NCBI GenBank assembly: GCA_964057225.1
Contig: OZ059898.1
Location: 8,556,001 to 8,620,000, forward strand
Origin: Auanema rhodensis
Taxonomy: Eukaryota; Animalia; Nematoda
Length of the DNA stretch: 64,000 nt
Direction: 5' to 3'
Position numbers and translations under genes: made by a program. The stretch's first letter is position 1. Every line of letters starts with the position of its first letter. Below are positions 13,604 through 28,214 of the stretch, one piece after another. Under the pieces are notes generated by a model, which worked only from the letters and a program-made list of their open reading frames with translations, did not search any database and was not told the origin of the DNA.

Positions 13604-16600
13604 CTTGGCCTTTATTTAAATTTAAGAACAAGAAGGCTAATCTATTGTTCACTGGTAAATAGCTCAGAAAAAAAGCAAAATGAAAAACGAGTAATGTCTG
13701 AACTGTCTACGAAGTAAATGAAATCAAAGTTTCAAGAAACAACTAAGAGAAGAAGAGATAGGGAAAGATCAAGCAGAGTAATTTTAGAACACTCGTGTGA
13801 AGGGATATTATAAGTCTGTTAATTACACATATCAAGCAATTATCAATATCAAATAGAGTAGCGGGAAAATTTGACATTCCTTGAAATATATGGGGATGAA
13901 TGATATCAAGCATTCTGGGTGAGAAATTTCAAATTTACAACTGAATTTTCAATATATTTTTAATTTCTTCCTAAGATATTCCGGGTAAGTACGGATATAC
14001 ACGTAGAACGATAAGGAAATATTAATATAAAACTTTGATAATTTAAATTAGTAAAGCTTACGAAAATAATATATTATATGGAAATTTTATTGATTATACG
14101 TATTACATATATAGTAAGTGCTATGTACATATATACATGAATATAAGGAGGACACAACTTAATACATTTCACTTTAAAATACAGAATGAATGTTTGATTT
14201 ACTTTCTATAGAAAAAAGTTCATAAGAAAATTGATTAGATGTAAAAGCGAAAATGACCTCATATGATAGATTGAAAGTTGCTAGTAGCGTTAATTTTTCG
14301 ATTTCCTCGATTTTTAAAGAAAATGACAGTAAACCAATAAATAAATGAAATCTACTTCTAGTCTTTATTATGATAAGAAAACAGTTAATGAGTAAGTCAA
14401 TTAAACAACATAATAATAAAAAAAACAAATATATCAACTGAGAAGCATTATTGACAAACTTAAATCTTAATTCACAAAGAAAAAATGAGCAAATATTTCC
14501 AGAGTCTCACTAACACTTTTATATCATTCTTCTTCTTAAGAATTATGGAAACGTATATGTTTGAAGGGTTAGGATGATAATTAGTCATTCGAGACTCTTA
14601 AGATATCAACTAGCTTCCTTAACGGTATTTAATGAGATGTCCCTCATAAAGTCAACTGAACTAAAAGATTTTCGTTCCAAGCTTAGTGTTGCCGTCACAA
14701 ATCTCCCCCCGTCATCATTAATTTCAGTGGACTCAGCTGATTGCAAGCTGAAGAGCAGACAAAAGATCAGTGAAGTATCTGATCAAAATAGTTAAATAAA
14801 TGCCGAAGCTCAAAGTTAAAAGCAAGAAGACTATCCAATAAAATTTTTTTTTCTGTTCTTTCTTACACGTTTTTGTCCGCCTCACCTATATGCATAATGT
14901 GATTGCTTTTACAAATCACGAGGTCGTCTCATTGTGGAATACAAGTTATCTACCTAATACAACAGAAATCTTTTCGACTTCGAAAGAACTGACCTGTTCT
15001 TTCTGGCGAAAATGACCTCATATGATAGATTGAAAGTTGCTAGTAGCGTTAATTTTTCGATTTTTTTTCCTTTCCTTGATTTCCTTGATTTTTAAAGAAA
15101 ATAACAGTAAACCAATAAATAAATAAAATCTACTTCTAGTCTTTATTATGATAATTAATCGCGTCAACCTTTTATATACTACTGCCAAGAAAATGAATAT
15201 GAATAACAGAATTCAGTTGAGGATATCAAGTTGAAAACAGCCGGCAGATCCCTTCTGGAATATTCAGTGTTGAGTAGAACAGTAGAATGTGAGAGGAATG
15301 AGAGGCAAACGATTCGAATTACAACTGACGGAAAAGTCGGTTTGTAGTGTTGTTGCTGTTATTGTTTTCCAGAACTTACATGACTACATGTATGAACATC
15401 TTTGCATGGTGGCGATTTCCTCCTTTTAACTCCTTCTCAAGTGAAGTAGAATCTTTAGTTGACGTGCGGGTCTAGTGAAAAAAGTAGCAAAAAGTAGAAA
15501 TCTAAAAAGTTACCTTCTCTTTCACTTTCTCTTTCTTCTCTCCCATTCTCTCTATTTTTTTGAGCTTTCGCAGCTTTCTCTATTTCACACATTAGTATTA
15601 CCCGATCCATGTATATATTTTTTCCAGGTTCTCTTTTTTCTTCCGTTTTGTATATTTCATAAGCTATATTAAAAAAAAGTTAAGATAATATAGGAACAAG
15701 AGAGATTAGTAGACAGAAATACAAAGCAATGGCTTGTTATAGTAAGATTTGGTAGAGATCTCCTGAAGAGTCAGGGAGTCACGATCACAGAGAGAGGAGA
15801 GAAAAACAAAAAAAACGAGAGAAAACGATAGAAATGCAGAACGGAAACGAAGGAATTGAGTCGTAGAAAGAAAGAGAGAGATATAGGCACTTTAGCCCAA
15901 ACTTTGAGATGAAGCAGGAAAAGAAGGCAAATCGTGCCGAGTCTAGCCCGACCTTTATTTACTGCCCTCAGCCTTTCTTTTGTGAACATCATTCCGTAGT
16001 AATCATCAAGCTTTTTTCGTCTTCCATCCTGTTATGCCTGAGAGTCGACGTACACGTTGAAGCCAGATAGTTGAAGATTTTAATCTCCTGAAATCATGAA
16101 AGCGAAAACGGCACAATAGGCTCAGGCTCTGTTATAAGCAATTTCGTCTGCAGAAAATGACAGCCACGCAGACAGCATGGATATTTATGCTGATTTTGAG
16201 ATCTTATGACGATATATTGCTGGTTATAAATGAAATACATCAGTCTGAAATTTTTTCATCTTCTAGAACATTCTATCACATCTATCACCTCCGTTGTATG
16301 GTGTATGTCCTACTTATAAAGCAGTGACTTCTTTTTATTATTTTCCTTATCCTAAGAAATATTTTACTACTTTATATTATACTATTATTTCCTGTTTCTT
16401 TTTCTCTCATTTCCAATCCGTTTTTTTCGGTATTTTCAAGATCTATGCATGTTCTGAAGATGCTGCTGCCACGTGGACCTAAATTAGCTCCTATTCTGAA
16501 ACAATTCTATACACTGATTGGCTCCGTTCCTGTTGCACGAAACCGATTACCAGGCTCTGCCAAACCAGATCTTTCACCATCTTCTGCCGTCATCATGACT

Positions 16601-19600
16601 CAGCGATATGTCGGCTAGTTAAACAAAGCTAAAGATATGTTAATGGCATTGATCTCCCTTCAATCTATCAGAGTTATTTGGCAGGATATGTTAGAAGATA
16701 TTTGAAAATGTTAATAAGCATTCTTTCCTTTATTCCTTTTTCATCTCTGTTTCTCTCATTTTAACAAACTTTCTTTGTATGTTACACAGGTACTAAATAT
16801 ATATATTCATTGTTTTGTATCTTTGAATAACTGAGTTTGATCTGATAACATTAAATTTTTTCTATTTCTAATACTACCGAGACCAATGTAGAAGATCTCA
16901 ATATGAAGAACTTAAATGACTTTGTTTATCGATATCTTTATCTGTTATTTACATATATATATACACATACATATCTACTCATATATGAACGTTTACTATA
17001 AATATTTCTGAAGAAAATAGAACGATTTATCAGATGTCAACCATTGTGTCGTTCTGTGTACATCACCATGTTTAGTTCTAACGGCAACATGAAAAAAAGC
17101 TGCACACGGGTACTTCATCTCCTGCTTTATCTTTGTCGTCGTCGTTGTCTTTTCTATCCTCATCATTCTTTTTTGCATCTTTTCTTTCTGTTCTTTTTGG
17201 CTTCTCTCGATTCTTTTAAAAATTCATCAACTTTTATATTTATTTGTATGTTTACACTATATCTAAGAAATCTCCATATTTTTCTTGCACATGAAACCAT
17301 ATACAATATTCTATCAGAACATTATAGTTATGTTATTTCAAAATAATAACAAAAAAAAACAACAAACATGGTTTAACTATATTATTAATTGAAATCTTAC
17401 AGTTTTCTTCCTTTTTTTTTATAATTTGAAAATTGAAAAACTTCAGTTTCTTAGTTTCTGGAAATAACTTCTTTCACTTTTTGTTTTGTTTCATTCTCAT
17501 AGTAGTTCATACATCGAGCTTAATTAGTTCGTTTGGATAACTAGGTAAACCTTCATTCTATCTTACTTCAAGCTTGACGTAGCCGAGAACTACTAACATT
17601 TCATACTTTAACTATTTTGCTATTTGAATTAATATTTATCGTTTCAGGACCTTTTTATATTACCTCCATAGAGTAAGGTTCAAATAAGTATACAGGGTGT
17701 TTCGTTGTAACACATTATTTGTATTATTTGCGATTTTATTTCTTTTCTTTCGTGTATTAATAGAAGTATCTATTGCTACTTTTTAGAATCTAGAATGCTA
17801 CCAACTGTCGACCATTTACCATTACAATTCTATTTGATTTTGCCTTCTTGTTAGCCTTATTTCATCAAAGCATTGTTACCGGAATATTTTCGTTAAACAC
17901 ATATAAAAAGTTATTACAATTTTTTCTTTTGATCCAGCGATTTCTTCTTATTTCTTCTCTTTTTCCTTTTTTTTATTTTCGAAATCAAACATTTCAGCAA
18001 CATGAAGCTATATTGCACTTTCATTATCTATTCCTAATGCTTAATTATCTATGAAATCTGCGACAATTTACGGTTATGTTTGCAAAGTTTTGATCGAAAT
18101 TTCATTCTCGGCATTTCGAATGCCAAATTTCAATCATTACACTATATATATTCGTTTCACTATTTAAATTTTTTATTTAAAAAAAATAATTTTCCCTCTT
18201 TTCTTTTTAAAAAGTGACAAAAATATAAATATATTTGTATTATGTTTATACACAATGTGTTAAATAATCTGTTTGTGATATATTATATATATATATATAT
18301 ATATATAACTTTATTTTAACTATCGGTTAGACCAATAACATGCTAACTAGATGACCAAGTTTGGAAAATTTAAGCCAAATCATATACAAACCTTATTATA
18401 AACATTTTTTCTTCTTCCTTCTCTTTTTTTTGCTCCATTTTTCTATGATGAGGGTAGATGGAAATAGACAATAGACATATGGAAGAGGGTGAACCTCTCG
18501 TCTCTTTATCGTTTATGGATAGTGGTGCTGTAATCGACATGACTTTTATGGCAAAAATATTTGTGTATCACTTGAGTATATACTATCTCTCTCTTTCACA
18601 GCTAAAATTGAAATATCAGTTAAACGAAGACTATTTCATGTTTCGGGCATAATTCCATTGCTTGTATTTCCATTATAGTAGTGTCTACTTATTAGTTTTC
18701 AATAGAACTAACATATTGGAACATATCGATGGTAGAGAGGCAATTTGCACTCCGTATAATTCAGAGAGATAATGTTAGTGGCAATTACTATTAATTGCAT
18801 CTTTACATGCATATGATTTTGAAATTTCATCGGGATCATCTGAAAACTTATCAGGTTTCAGTTTAATATTTGAGGGGATACCTTAATAGGATATAAGCTT
18901 GCTCTAAAATGACACGAAAATAATGGAATAATTATTGAAATAGACAAAAAGAAAAAAAGGGAAGATAAGTCTATGGTTTTCGCATCAGATTGCATCATGA
19001 TATCCAGTAGCAGCAATGAAATTTTGGACTTTCGGAGCAAAAAGAAAATGAGTTTTGAGGTAAGCTGCCTTATTGAAGACATTGAAGCCATTCCGAGATA
19101 ATCGTCTGCAAACAGAGCAAACGAATAAATGAAAGAAATTTAAGATGAATTTTTTTTTTATTTTTCAGTTTTGAAGATTTATAAGTTGAACTTTCAAGAG
19201 TGACGAATGATAGTTTGGCTTCAGTATTTCAGTGTCCAATGCTATCACGCATTATAAGTTTTCAATAATTTGGTCGTCGTCAATCTGTCTGGCGGTCAAA
19301 GTATGTATATGCATTCTTTGTTTTACTTTCATCACATGAATCTTCTCTTTTGCAATAAAATCTAATGAAAACCTTAAGAAAGAAAATGTTTAATTTGAAA
19401 ATTTATTCTAAATATTGCAACAACACGTGTATTCACTTGTTTCGGAATTCTAGATTCATCAGCACTATCCTCCCACATCTTGCAGCGCCCCCTGAGCTTA
19501 ATAATGGAGATCATTACGTTCTTTCATTGTCCGGCTATATTGAGAAGCATATTTGATGCTTAAGATCTTTAAAATAACCTCTCTGATTTCAAATTGATCT

Positions 19601-22600
19601 ATCATCTAATACATACTTCCGAAACTTCTGACCCACTCCTTGACTCTAATAACGAGAACATCCTGAACAACAATGATCTCGTGACGTGACGTTGACTGTT
19701 TTTTTCTGAAATTTTTGAAAGCAATGAGTATGTGTACAAGGCTGTGTATGAATCTGTCTCCCTGGAGGTTATCTGTTCTTTCTTATGAACTGAGGAACCA
19801 AATATCTTCTCTGGTCCACTTCCTCTCTCGTATATCGGTATCATCTGATCATCGTTTCAACCTAGACGGAAGTTTTGATTCCTAAAAAAGACCAAAAAAG
19901 AGTAGGCGCTGACAACGTAGAAATAGAGAGTGAGATTGTTAGATTCTTTCAGAGTTCGAGCTTCTGAGACTCGAGAGCGGAGGGCAACCGGATTACCGGA
20001 AATTGGCCGTCCATACCTCATTGAAAGGCAATAGGAGACTGTTCAAATACATAAATAACTCCCTAGTTTCTATAAGTGGTCCTTTTCATATGATGATAAC
20101 CTTTTCATAATCCAATTTTTAGTAATAATCATCCGTTACTGCTACTCTTGATATATCCACAATAACATATAGACTAGTTTTGAAGCAGCTTCTACTACAC
20201 GTAGTCAACGACGTTCTAGGCTCTTGTGTTGTAGACGACATACATCGTGTGTTCTAGGCTGGCTCAAGCAGAATGTCTTCCCTCTAATCACATCCCCCAT
20301 CCTCTCACATACACATACATACACACTTGCATATACACATACATATATCCCTCATTATTTCAGAAAAAAAAATCCTTACAGCTTTGCTTATCAACATTAC
20401 CACCCAATTTTCATTCAAACTTGAATTTTTTTCAGTGTTAATTATTATCTGAACGATGTTCTCCGCATAGTTTTCACATTTGTTTTTGTTAAGATGGTTT
20501 TCGTTTTGGCTCCCTTGGTTTCAGCAATGAATCATTTGTAGAAAAAATAACTTGAAGTTGTCATGTATCTGAAGTTGGAAAACTTGACATGTACTCAAGC
20601 CTTCAAGTCTTTTGGATATGTTCTGTCTTCAACATTTGCACCAAAATACAGAATCCTTTCTACAACAAACTTTTGGTAACAATTGCCGTCAGAAAATCGT
20701 ATGCAAAGGCATGTAGTTAACATCATCTTCTGTTTTTAGACAAAAGAATAATAAGAATTTAACTTATGCTTATATCTTCACAGGATATCTTATGAGATCT
20801 TATAAGAACCTTTACCTTATCAACTTTATGTTTTTTTATTCTCTCTCTCTCTTTCTCTCTTTCTCTCTCTCTCTCTTTGTCACTCTCTTTCTCTCTCTTA
20901 GTCCAACTAGTCAGTAGATTCTATCATTTCTTTGAGTTTTTCTGTATTCATTTCAACATCAAAGCCGTTGTTTGTCCCCACGTAATGCTTCCTTGACCCT
21001 GAAGCAAACACTAGACAAGCCTATGATGGCAAGCAGATCGGCTTTACACAACCGAAAAGAAACCAGTAAGATAGATGGAGTGCTGGGTATGTCCATATTG
21101 GTCTCAGATGCATGAGAGGAAAGTCCTTCTGTTGCTTTACGTTCTGCCTTCTCTCTCATCTCTTCACGTCATCGGATGTACAATGGAAGGTGAATTAGAA
21201 GACGAAGGGTATACTCATGATTAGGCGATGAGAATACTGCAAAATAATTCTTGCGTTAGAAAAAAAGAAAAAGAAAAGGAAACAGGTAAGTAGTTTTTTC
21301 TTATATACATATCTAACTAATCTTGCAAATATTAATGTATGTAAGTTCAACTCATTAATGATTCTATAGAAAATTTATAGAGAAAACTAACTATGCTCAT
21401 CCATTACATTCACATAATGATTGAAGCTCATTCACTCTTCAAATTGCTTAAAACCTCCTTTCTCTTTTCCCCTCTCTTTTAGTATTAGTCATGTTTCTGC
21501 TAAGGTCAACTTTAAGCATTGACATTAAACACAACTATTCTAGCAAGGAAATTAGTCTGTGAAACTCTAGAAGAATGAACATGAATCAGAATAATTCTTA
21601 CTGGATTGACTTCACATTGCAACGTATTTCAAATGATTCTCATTCAGAATTCAGCTAGTTTTATCTATTTCTGTTATTGGGCTCTACCAAAAAACTCGTT
21701 TATCCACATCAACATGTTTCCTCAAGTTTTGAACTTCGAATTGTTTATTTTTGAAAAACAAACATACAAATACATATTCTTTCTAATATTCCACGCAATA
21801 GTATAATAGATTAAGATCATATATATAAATATATATTACTATATATATGAATATAACACAAACTTACTTTTATATTGTAGCATTGAGATTTTAATTTGAA
21901 TCAGCTGTTACAACATAAAACATCATTAAAACTTGGATTCTAACGTTTAACTTTCAAATTTTTAATTGGTTTTTTTCGAAATTCACATAATATACTATGC
22001 AAATTCATGAAAATATCAATAATCGAGCTAATTAGTGTTTTGGATCTATTTCATCTTATTTTTTGAAGTATTCTTATAATATTTCTTAGTAATCTTTGGT
22101 ATTTATTCCGTTTTTTTACACGAAAACTAGGCTTTTTTCTCACCAAATTACGTAGATGTCTGTCATTGCGGCTATACGTTTTGTATATTCTATATATAAC
22201 AAAGTTATTCATGAATTTTATAAATTATATAATTATATTTATATTTATAAAATATAAATATATTTAATTATTATAAAACTATTTTTATCTTTACTTTAAT
22301 ACTATAAATCATATGATTTTATTCGAAATCTGAAATTTCTTTTTTAAGAACTAAGTTTACTCATAAGTTGAATATATTTCAATTTGCTTTAAATTTATTC
22401 ATATTTTATGTTTTTCTATTGAGATGAACTGTTATAGAGCATGTTCAAACATCATTAAAGAGTAATAGAGAGAAACAGAGAGAGAGAGAGAGAGAGAGAG
22501 GGGGAAAGTGAGAACAATAAAGAGAAAGAGGAAATAACTATATATAGCAAGGTAAAAATGAAGATGGAAAAGCTATTATTGACACTAAATTTTATTTTTT

Positions 22601-25600
22601 TTCGTGTAAATTTGTTCTGAATGAATTTGTGGACAAAAAATAATTGAAACGAGTACAAATAAGCAGTTTACAATCATATTATATTCAAGAAAATCTTTTA
22701 TTTTCTTTTTTTAATTTTAAATTCTCATTATTTTTGTACTTTTTTTACATGAATTTATTATTTATTCAGCTGAACATATAAGTTTAACTCATTCAAGTCT
22801 GTTGATTATAAACAAAGTAAAGCAAAATTCTGCAAAAAAAAAAATAAAAAGATATTTAATGCTCTGAAGCTGTTTAGCTTCTCTGCATTTCATAGCAAAA
22901 CATCTAACTTTAAACTTGAAAAATTTCCGGTCATTTTCCGTTTCGCATAATTACGGAACAATTGAATTTTATATTTTTATAATAACTTTATTATTTTTTT
23001 TGTTAAAATTGAAATAATTATGTTGTTTATTTCTCAATTACATGTACATATCTAGTAGTATGCGTGATTGACAAACCCAGTTCATGACAAGTTTCGAAAC
23101 AAACTTGACTAATCAGCTTCATCTAACTCATAGCAATCATTGTATCTTTTTTTTTTCGAAGCAAGAAAATCTTATTTTTTGAAAAATAATATTTTACCTT
23201 TTTCAATATTTTTTTTTCAAAAAAATAAAACAAAAGTTTGATAATGTGTTCAATCTCTCTTATCCATAAAATATCTTATTATTATTATATTTCCTGATAT
23301 TAAATAAAAAATATTTAATATATTATATATCCTAAACTATTTTCTTCCCATTTTCTCTATTTCTTTTTAATATATTATCTGATATTCATTGAAATGAAAT
23401 GAAATTCTTTCACAGTATTTAATCATCTTTGATTCATTTTAATGACTTTTTCAATCAAAAAAGTGTCATTAACTATACTATTTTCATAGTTTTGTACTTA
23501 TTCTTTATGAAATTCATCATCATCATCACCTTAATTTCCAAAATTATTCTTTTTTTTTGTATTTTGCATCTGAAAATAGCTAGCATTAGCTTCAATACAA
23601 CAAATTTTTTTCTTTCGTGTGAGACTCTACAGCTGAAATAATTTGGCGGAAAAATAGCTAATATGTATATAACAACTGCCTAATAGTGTATGAATTTTTT
23701 GTTCATATTATTTTATATTTAATTTTTCTCTTATTCTTCAAATATTTAAATTTAATCTTTTTTATTTAAAATTATAGTTTGTTTACTAAGTTATATATAT
23801 AGTCTTAACTGATATGTTTCGAATAGAATGTTCAAATTCCGAAAAATACGAATAAGATTACATCATTGACGTGATTTACTTATCTAAACATAGTTGAAAT
23901 CAGAAATAATCTAAAAACTAGTAAGACACAATGTTTCATTTTCAATTGTTACGCAAATCTTCGACCTTTCTTTATTCTCTTTTCAAATTTTAGATTCCAA
24001 AATCTCTTTGATGAACTTTAACTTGGAATTAAAATACTAATGAAATACGAGAAGATTGGATTTTAACTAATTTTATTTTATTTCATTTCAATTCTTTATT
24101 TGATCCACAACTCTAAATTTTTTCATTTCCACACAATGGAAGCACCTGAATTTTGATCTTCTACCTGTTGATTACGTTAACATCATGGACATCTGACGTG
24201 ATGTTTTATTTGATCCAAACCTTGGAACCATGTTTGCGAGAAATACGAGTGCTTGATGCTTTTATGCCTTTAAGAAGATTTTTGATCATAAATTCCTCTC
24301 AAACTTGTTAATACTTTTCTTTTTTTTAAATTTATCTTGCTTAAGTAAACGATTACCGTTATGAACATTATTTATCTGCTCATATGGCCTATGCCAAAGG
24401 TATAGAGGCTTTTGGCTTTCTCTCTCTCTCTTGAAATTTTGAGCTGTTGACGAATCGGTTTGCTTCTCAAAATTTGGTCTCAAGTGGTTTCTGCCTTCTT
24501 TACTATCTTTTTTTCTCCTTCTCTCTCCTACTTTGTTCCCTCTTTTTCCTTTTCTTTCTTATTTTCTCTCAATATCTTCGTTAAGGATACAGAAAAAAAC
24601 GTCATAAGCTGCCAATTTTTCTTTCTTTCTCAATAAAACGTAAACTTTCTAATATCAACTAATCGTTCATTCAATCCACCCTCCTATCAAATTACTCCAT
24701 TTTACACTTTAAAAATTTCCAAAAAAAAAGTTTCAATTGTTTACTTTCCATCGGGGGGGGGGTACCTCAGAGTATAAACTATCGAATTTAAATAGAAAAG
24801 TCTATCAAAATCTTTTTTTTTTACTAAAAGTTATATCTTTTTCTGATTTTTCTCTTACTTTTGTCTTGTAATAGCTTCAATGATCCAGATGAGCAAGAAT
24901 ATTTGTTTGTTTTTTTTTTTGAAAAAGAAAACATAAAACATTTTCAAAGAAACAGTATGAAAGTACTCCATATTTTAACAAAGATTTTTATCAGAAATTA
25001 ATATAAATATATAATATATTTTATTTTTAAAATAGATATGTTATCATTAATTTTATGTTGTTATGTCTATCATCATGTAAATATATATGCTATACACCAT
25101 TAATGATGATTATTCTTAACTAAAAGCCTAACTTTATCAAAAACATTTACATATAGTTTCTTTAAAAGTTTATATATATATATGTATTTATTTATTATAT
25201 TTAATAATATAATTAATATAATTAGTTAATGATGTTATTTTCTCATAAAATTGATAAAATACAAAATAAACAAATATCTTAATTTTTAAATGTTTTTCTT
25301 TGCTCATAAAATGAAATAAAATGATATTACATTTCGAATTTATGAGAAGAGCCTGGCACAAGTTGGTCAATCTGTAGAGTACTAAATGATGAAACCATGA
25401 GAAATATAAAGAGAGAATGTGTGAGAGACTTAGATATAAAGGAAAGAAAAGAAAACGATGAAAGACAAAAAGATTGAATAGAATATGTTGAAACACTGAG
25501 AGACAGACTGAGTCAGACTCATCTATGAAGCAATAAAAACTACATCTATCTGCCTCAGAATTGCTCTACGAGTACCTTTGGTTTCTTCATCCCACCTGTT

Positions 25601-27740
25601 TGCACCTGCTTCACTTACATCTTTTTCTATTTTCTCTGATAATTTTTTTCTTTGTCAGCCTTATTACCTTAACAGCCACCGCCCAATAACCATATGCATT
25701 TTTCATTTTCAAGTTTGCTTTTATTGTTAAAAACTTCAAATTATTATGTAAAATATATTTTTAATTGGTATTTCATGAAAATGAATGACAAAATATGTAT
25801 TGAGATAAGGTGAAAGTAAGTGTTAGAAACTGAGAAAAGATTCCTTCATTTTGTGTTCTCAAGGAAGAACTGAGATAGGCTGTCGACAATCAGATTTTTT
25901 TTGTTTTAATCAGTTTGATGTACTTTTATTCATATTCTGACTGTAAAATCAGTTGTGGATAAAGCAGAAAGATCAAAGTATCAGGGAATAGTTGATTGGA
26001 TGAAGTCATAATCAGAGGAAAACCTCAGTTCGATCGTGGCTGCTGTATTTTCACCGTACGACAGGCTTGATAAGAAAATCATAAAACTAGTTCTCAACCC
26101 GCAATCAACTATAATCACAGATCTTTTGAGCAGTTTAGATATTTTAATATTATAATTTCATTATAAATATTCTATTTTTTTGTTATAAATAGAGAAATTC
26201 ATTTAATGTTTCTTGTTAAATTATTAAATTTTTTATTTTTAAAATAGTCTCATCTCACTAACTCATTAGCATATTTAGAAAACAAACAAATTTGGCTTAT
26301 CATGCTCATTTGTTGTTTTTTTTAATGTGCCAGAACGGTTGCTTAGCCCCTCTTCATATATTTTTTTCTTTTCTTTTTCTTTATTTTCTCTATGTATATA
26401 CTCTCATTTCAATTTTTTTTCTGATAATCTCTCTCTCTCTGTCTCTCTTTCTTGTTACATATATATCTTTGTATTTGTCTTCATTTCTTTTCATTACTTA
26501 TCTCTTTTTTGTTTTTTGATTTCTTTTTAGAAAGCTCAAAAATTACTTTATTGCTGTTCTTAGCAGCTATCATGAGCTCAAAATAAGGACAAAAAAACAC
26601 GAAATCAAGTAGCCTTATGCACTTGTTTGTGGAAATTTTCAAATTCATTGCTCCATCACCGATTTCATAAAAAAATGAAGAAAACGAAATATCGTGTAGG
26701 AAAGTAAAGAAGAAAAATAAAAAAGTAAAAGAAAGCAACAATAGGGAATTAGAGAGAGAGAGGGAGAGAGAGAGAGAAAGAGAAAGAAGAAAACAGAACT
26801 AATCGTAAGAAACATTATATTCCATGTGCTTTTTGCGTCTTCAATCTTATATGAAATCCAGATGTCTTTACTGTTCATCGGAATAGTTTAGCAGTTCCGT
26901 TGGTATTCAATGAGGAAGTTCATATAATTTTCAATTTTCAATTTATTTCTTTATTTATATTTTAAATTAATATAATAAAGGAATATATAAATAATAAAAA
27001 TTATAACTTTGAGTACGTGTATGTTTCAAATAAAAGTATTTTCTCTTCACTACACATTTTAATTTATGGTTTTCTGCAACATATATATGCTGTATATGCT
27101 TGAATTCATTGTACTCATATACATACATATATGAATCTATAACTAACTATAACTAATATTTCTATAAATATATATTTAATCAATTCAATTATTATAATTT
27201 TTTTCCACAGATTATGAAACAATGTTTTTATATTTTTGTTGTCTTATTGTCAAGATTTCATATTTAAAAGTTGAATCAGGCTAGCTCCAACGTCCATTTT
27301 TGAATTTTTGGTCCAGGTGTCACCATTTGATTCATCCTTCAGACAGTTCTTCATACAAAAATCATTGTTCACCAATTAATTTTCTGATATTCCGAAAAGC
27401 TACAATTCAATAACGAGCATATTATATTATTATTTTTATTCTATTTTATAAAATTATTTTCTTTCGATTAACATTCATTGTTTTCACATTTTATGCTCTT
27501 TTGATAACATTTCTCTTTCTATTTCTCTCTCTCTATATATATTTTTCTCTTTATAAGTATGCTCCCTTAGGAAATTTAATCCACACTTATTTTGGCAATT
27601 TTTCATATATATATATATATAAATATACATCTACACAAAGATGGTAAGTATCAGGCATATGTATATACGTCAAAAACTTTTCAACTGACATGGTCAACAA
27701 GAAGACAAACAAAAATCTGATATCTTTTTTGCCTCCAACA

Positions 27741-27785
<45 letters not shown>

Positions 27786-28214
27786 ATATACATCATTATT
27801 CAGTTGATTATTTCACGTAAAAGCTTTCTCTACTACTATGTCCTTTCGTTTTCACATTCTCTGCATTTGGATGGGTCACACGAATCACCGATCATCTGAT
27901 TCCTATTGTCCTGGAAGTCACGATTTCTGCGTTCATGTTCTCATCATTTTCCATGTTCGTCGTAGAAAAGGGGACACTTGGATAAGCAAAGTAATTGAAT
28001 TCTAACTTATATCTCAATCAATTATTCTTAATATATCCAATATTCTTTTAAAATTTTTAAATACTATATAATCTACTCTGATAATTTAATTTTAAACTAC
28101 ATTCTGCTTCATTGATGATTTATTTGGTTTTCTTTTATAATTTTGTATGTTCTTGTCTTTAATTATAATCAAACAATCATTTATAAAGATTTCTAACTTA
28201 TTTTCATTCAGACC

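Larger units (their letters stand above)
10235..15793. repeat. Giant inverted repeat: arms 10235-12559 and 13469-15793 (2,325 bp each), spacer 12560-13468
   Basis: Three ORF pairs are identical and a fourth shares its first ~40 aa on opposite strands, all with coordinate sum 26028; I traced the arm ends base by base to the first mismatch. Confidence 0.97.

Noticed and set aside
10356-15672. Duplicated 63-87-aa ORFs on opposite strands as a gene cassette
   Set aside because: They are a by-product of the inverted repeat; low-complexity F/L/I/S-rich translations with no recognisable motifs.
10235-15793. Whole palindrome as a single foldback or MULE transposon
   Set aside because: No TSD at the outer ends (TTCTCTG vs GAGGAGA); the element-like termini and TSD are internal.
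16300-27900. Many 60-100-aa hydrophobic ORFs
   Set aside because: Explained by T-rich and CT/AG microsatellite sequence; no splice or homology support.
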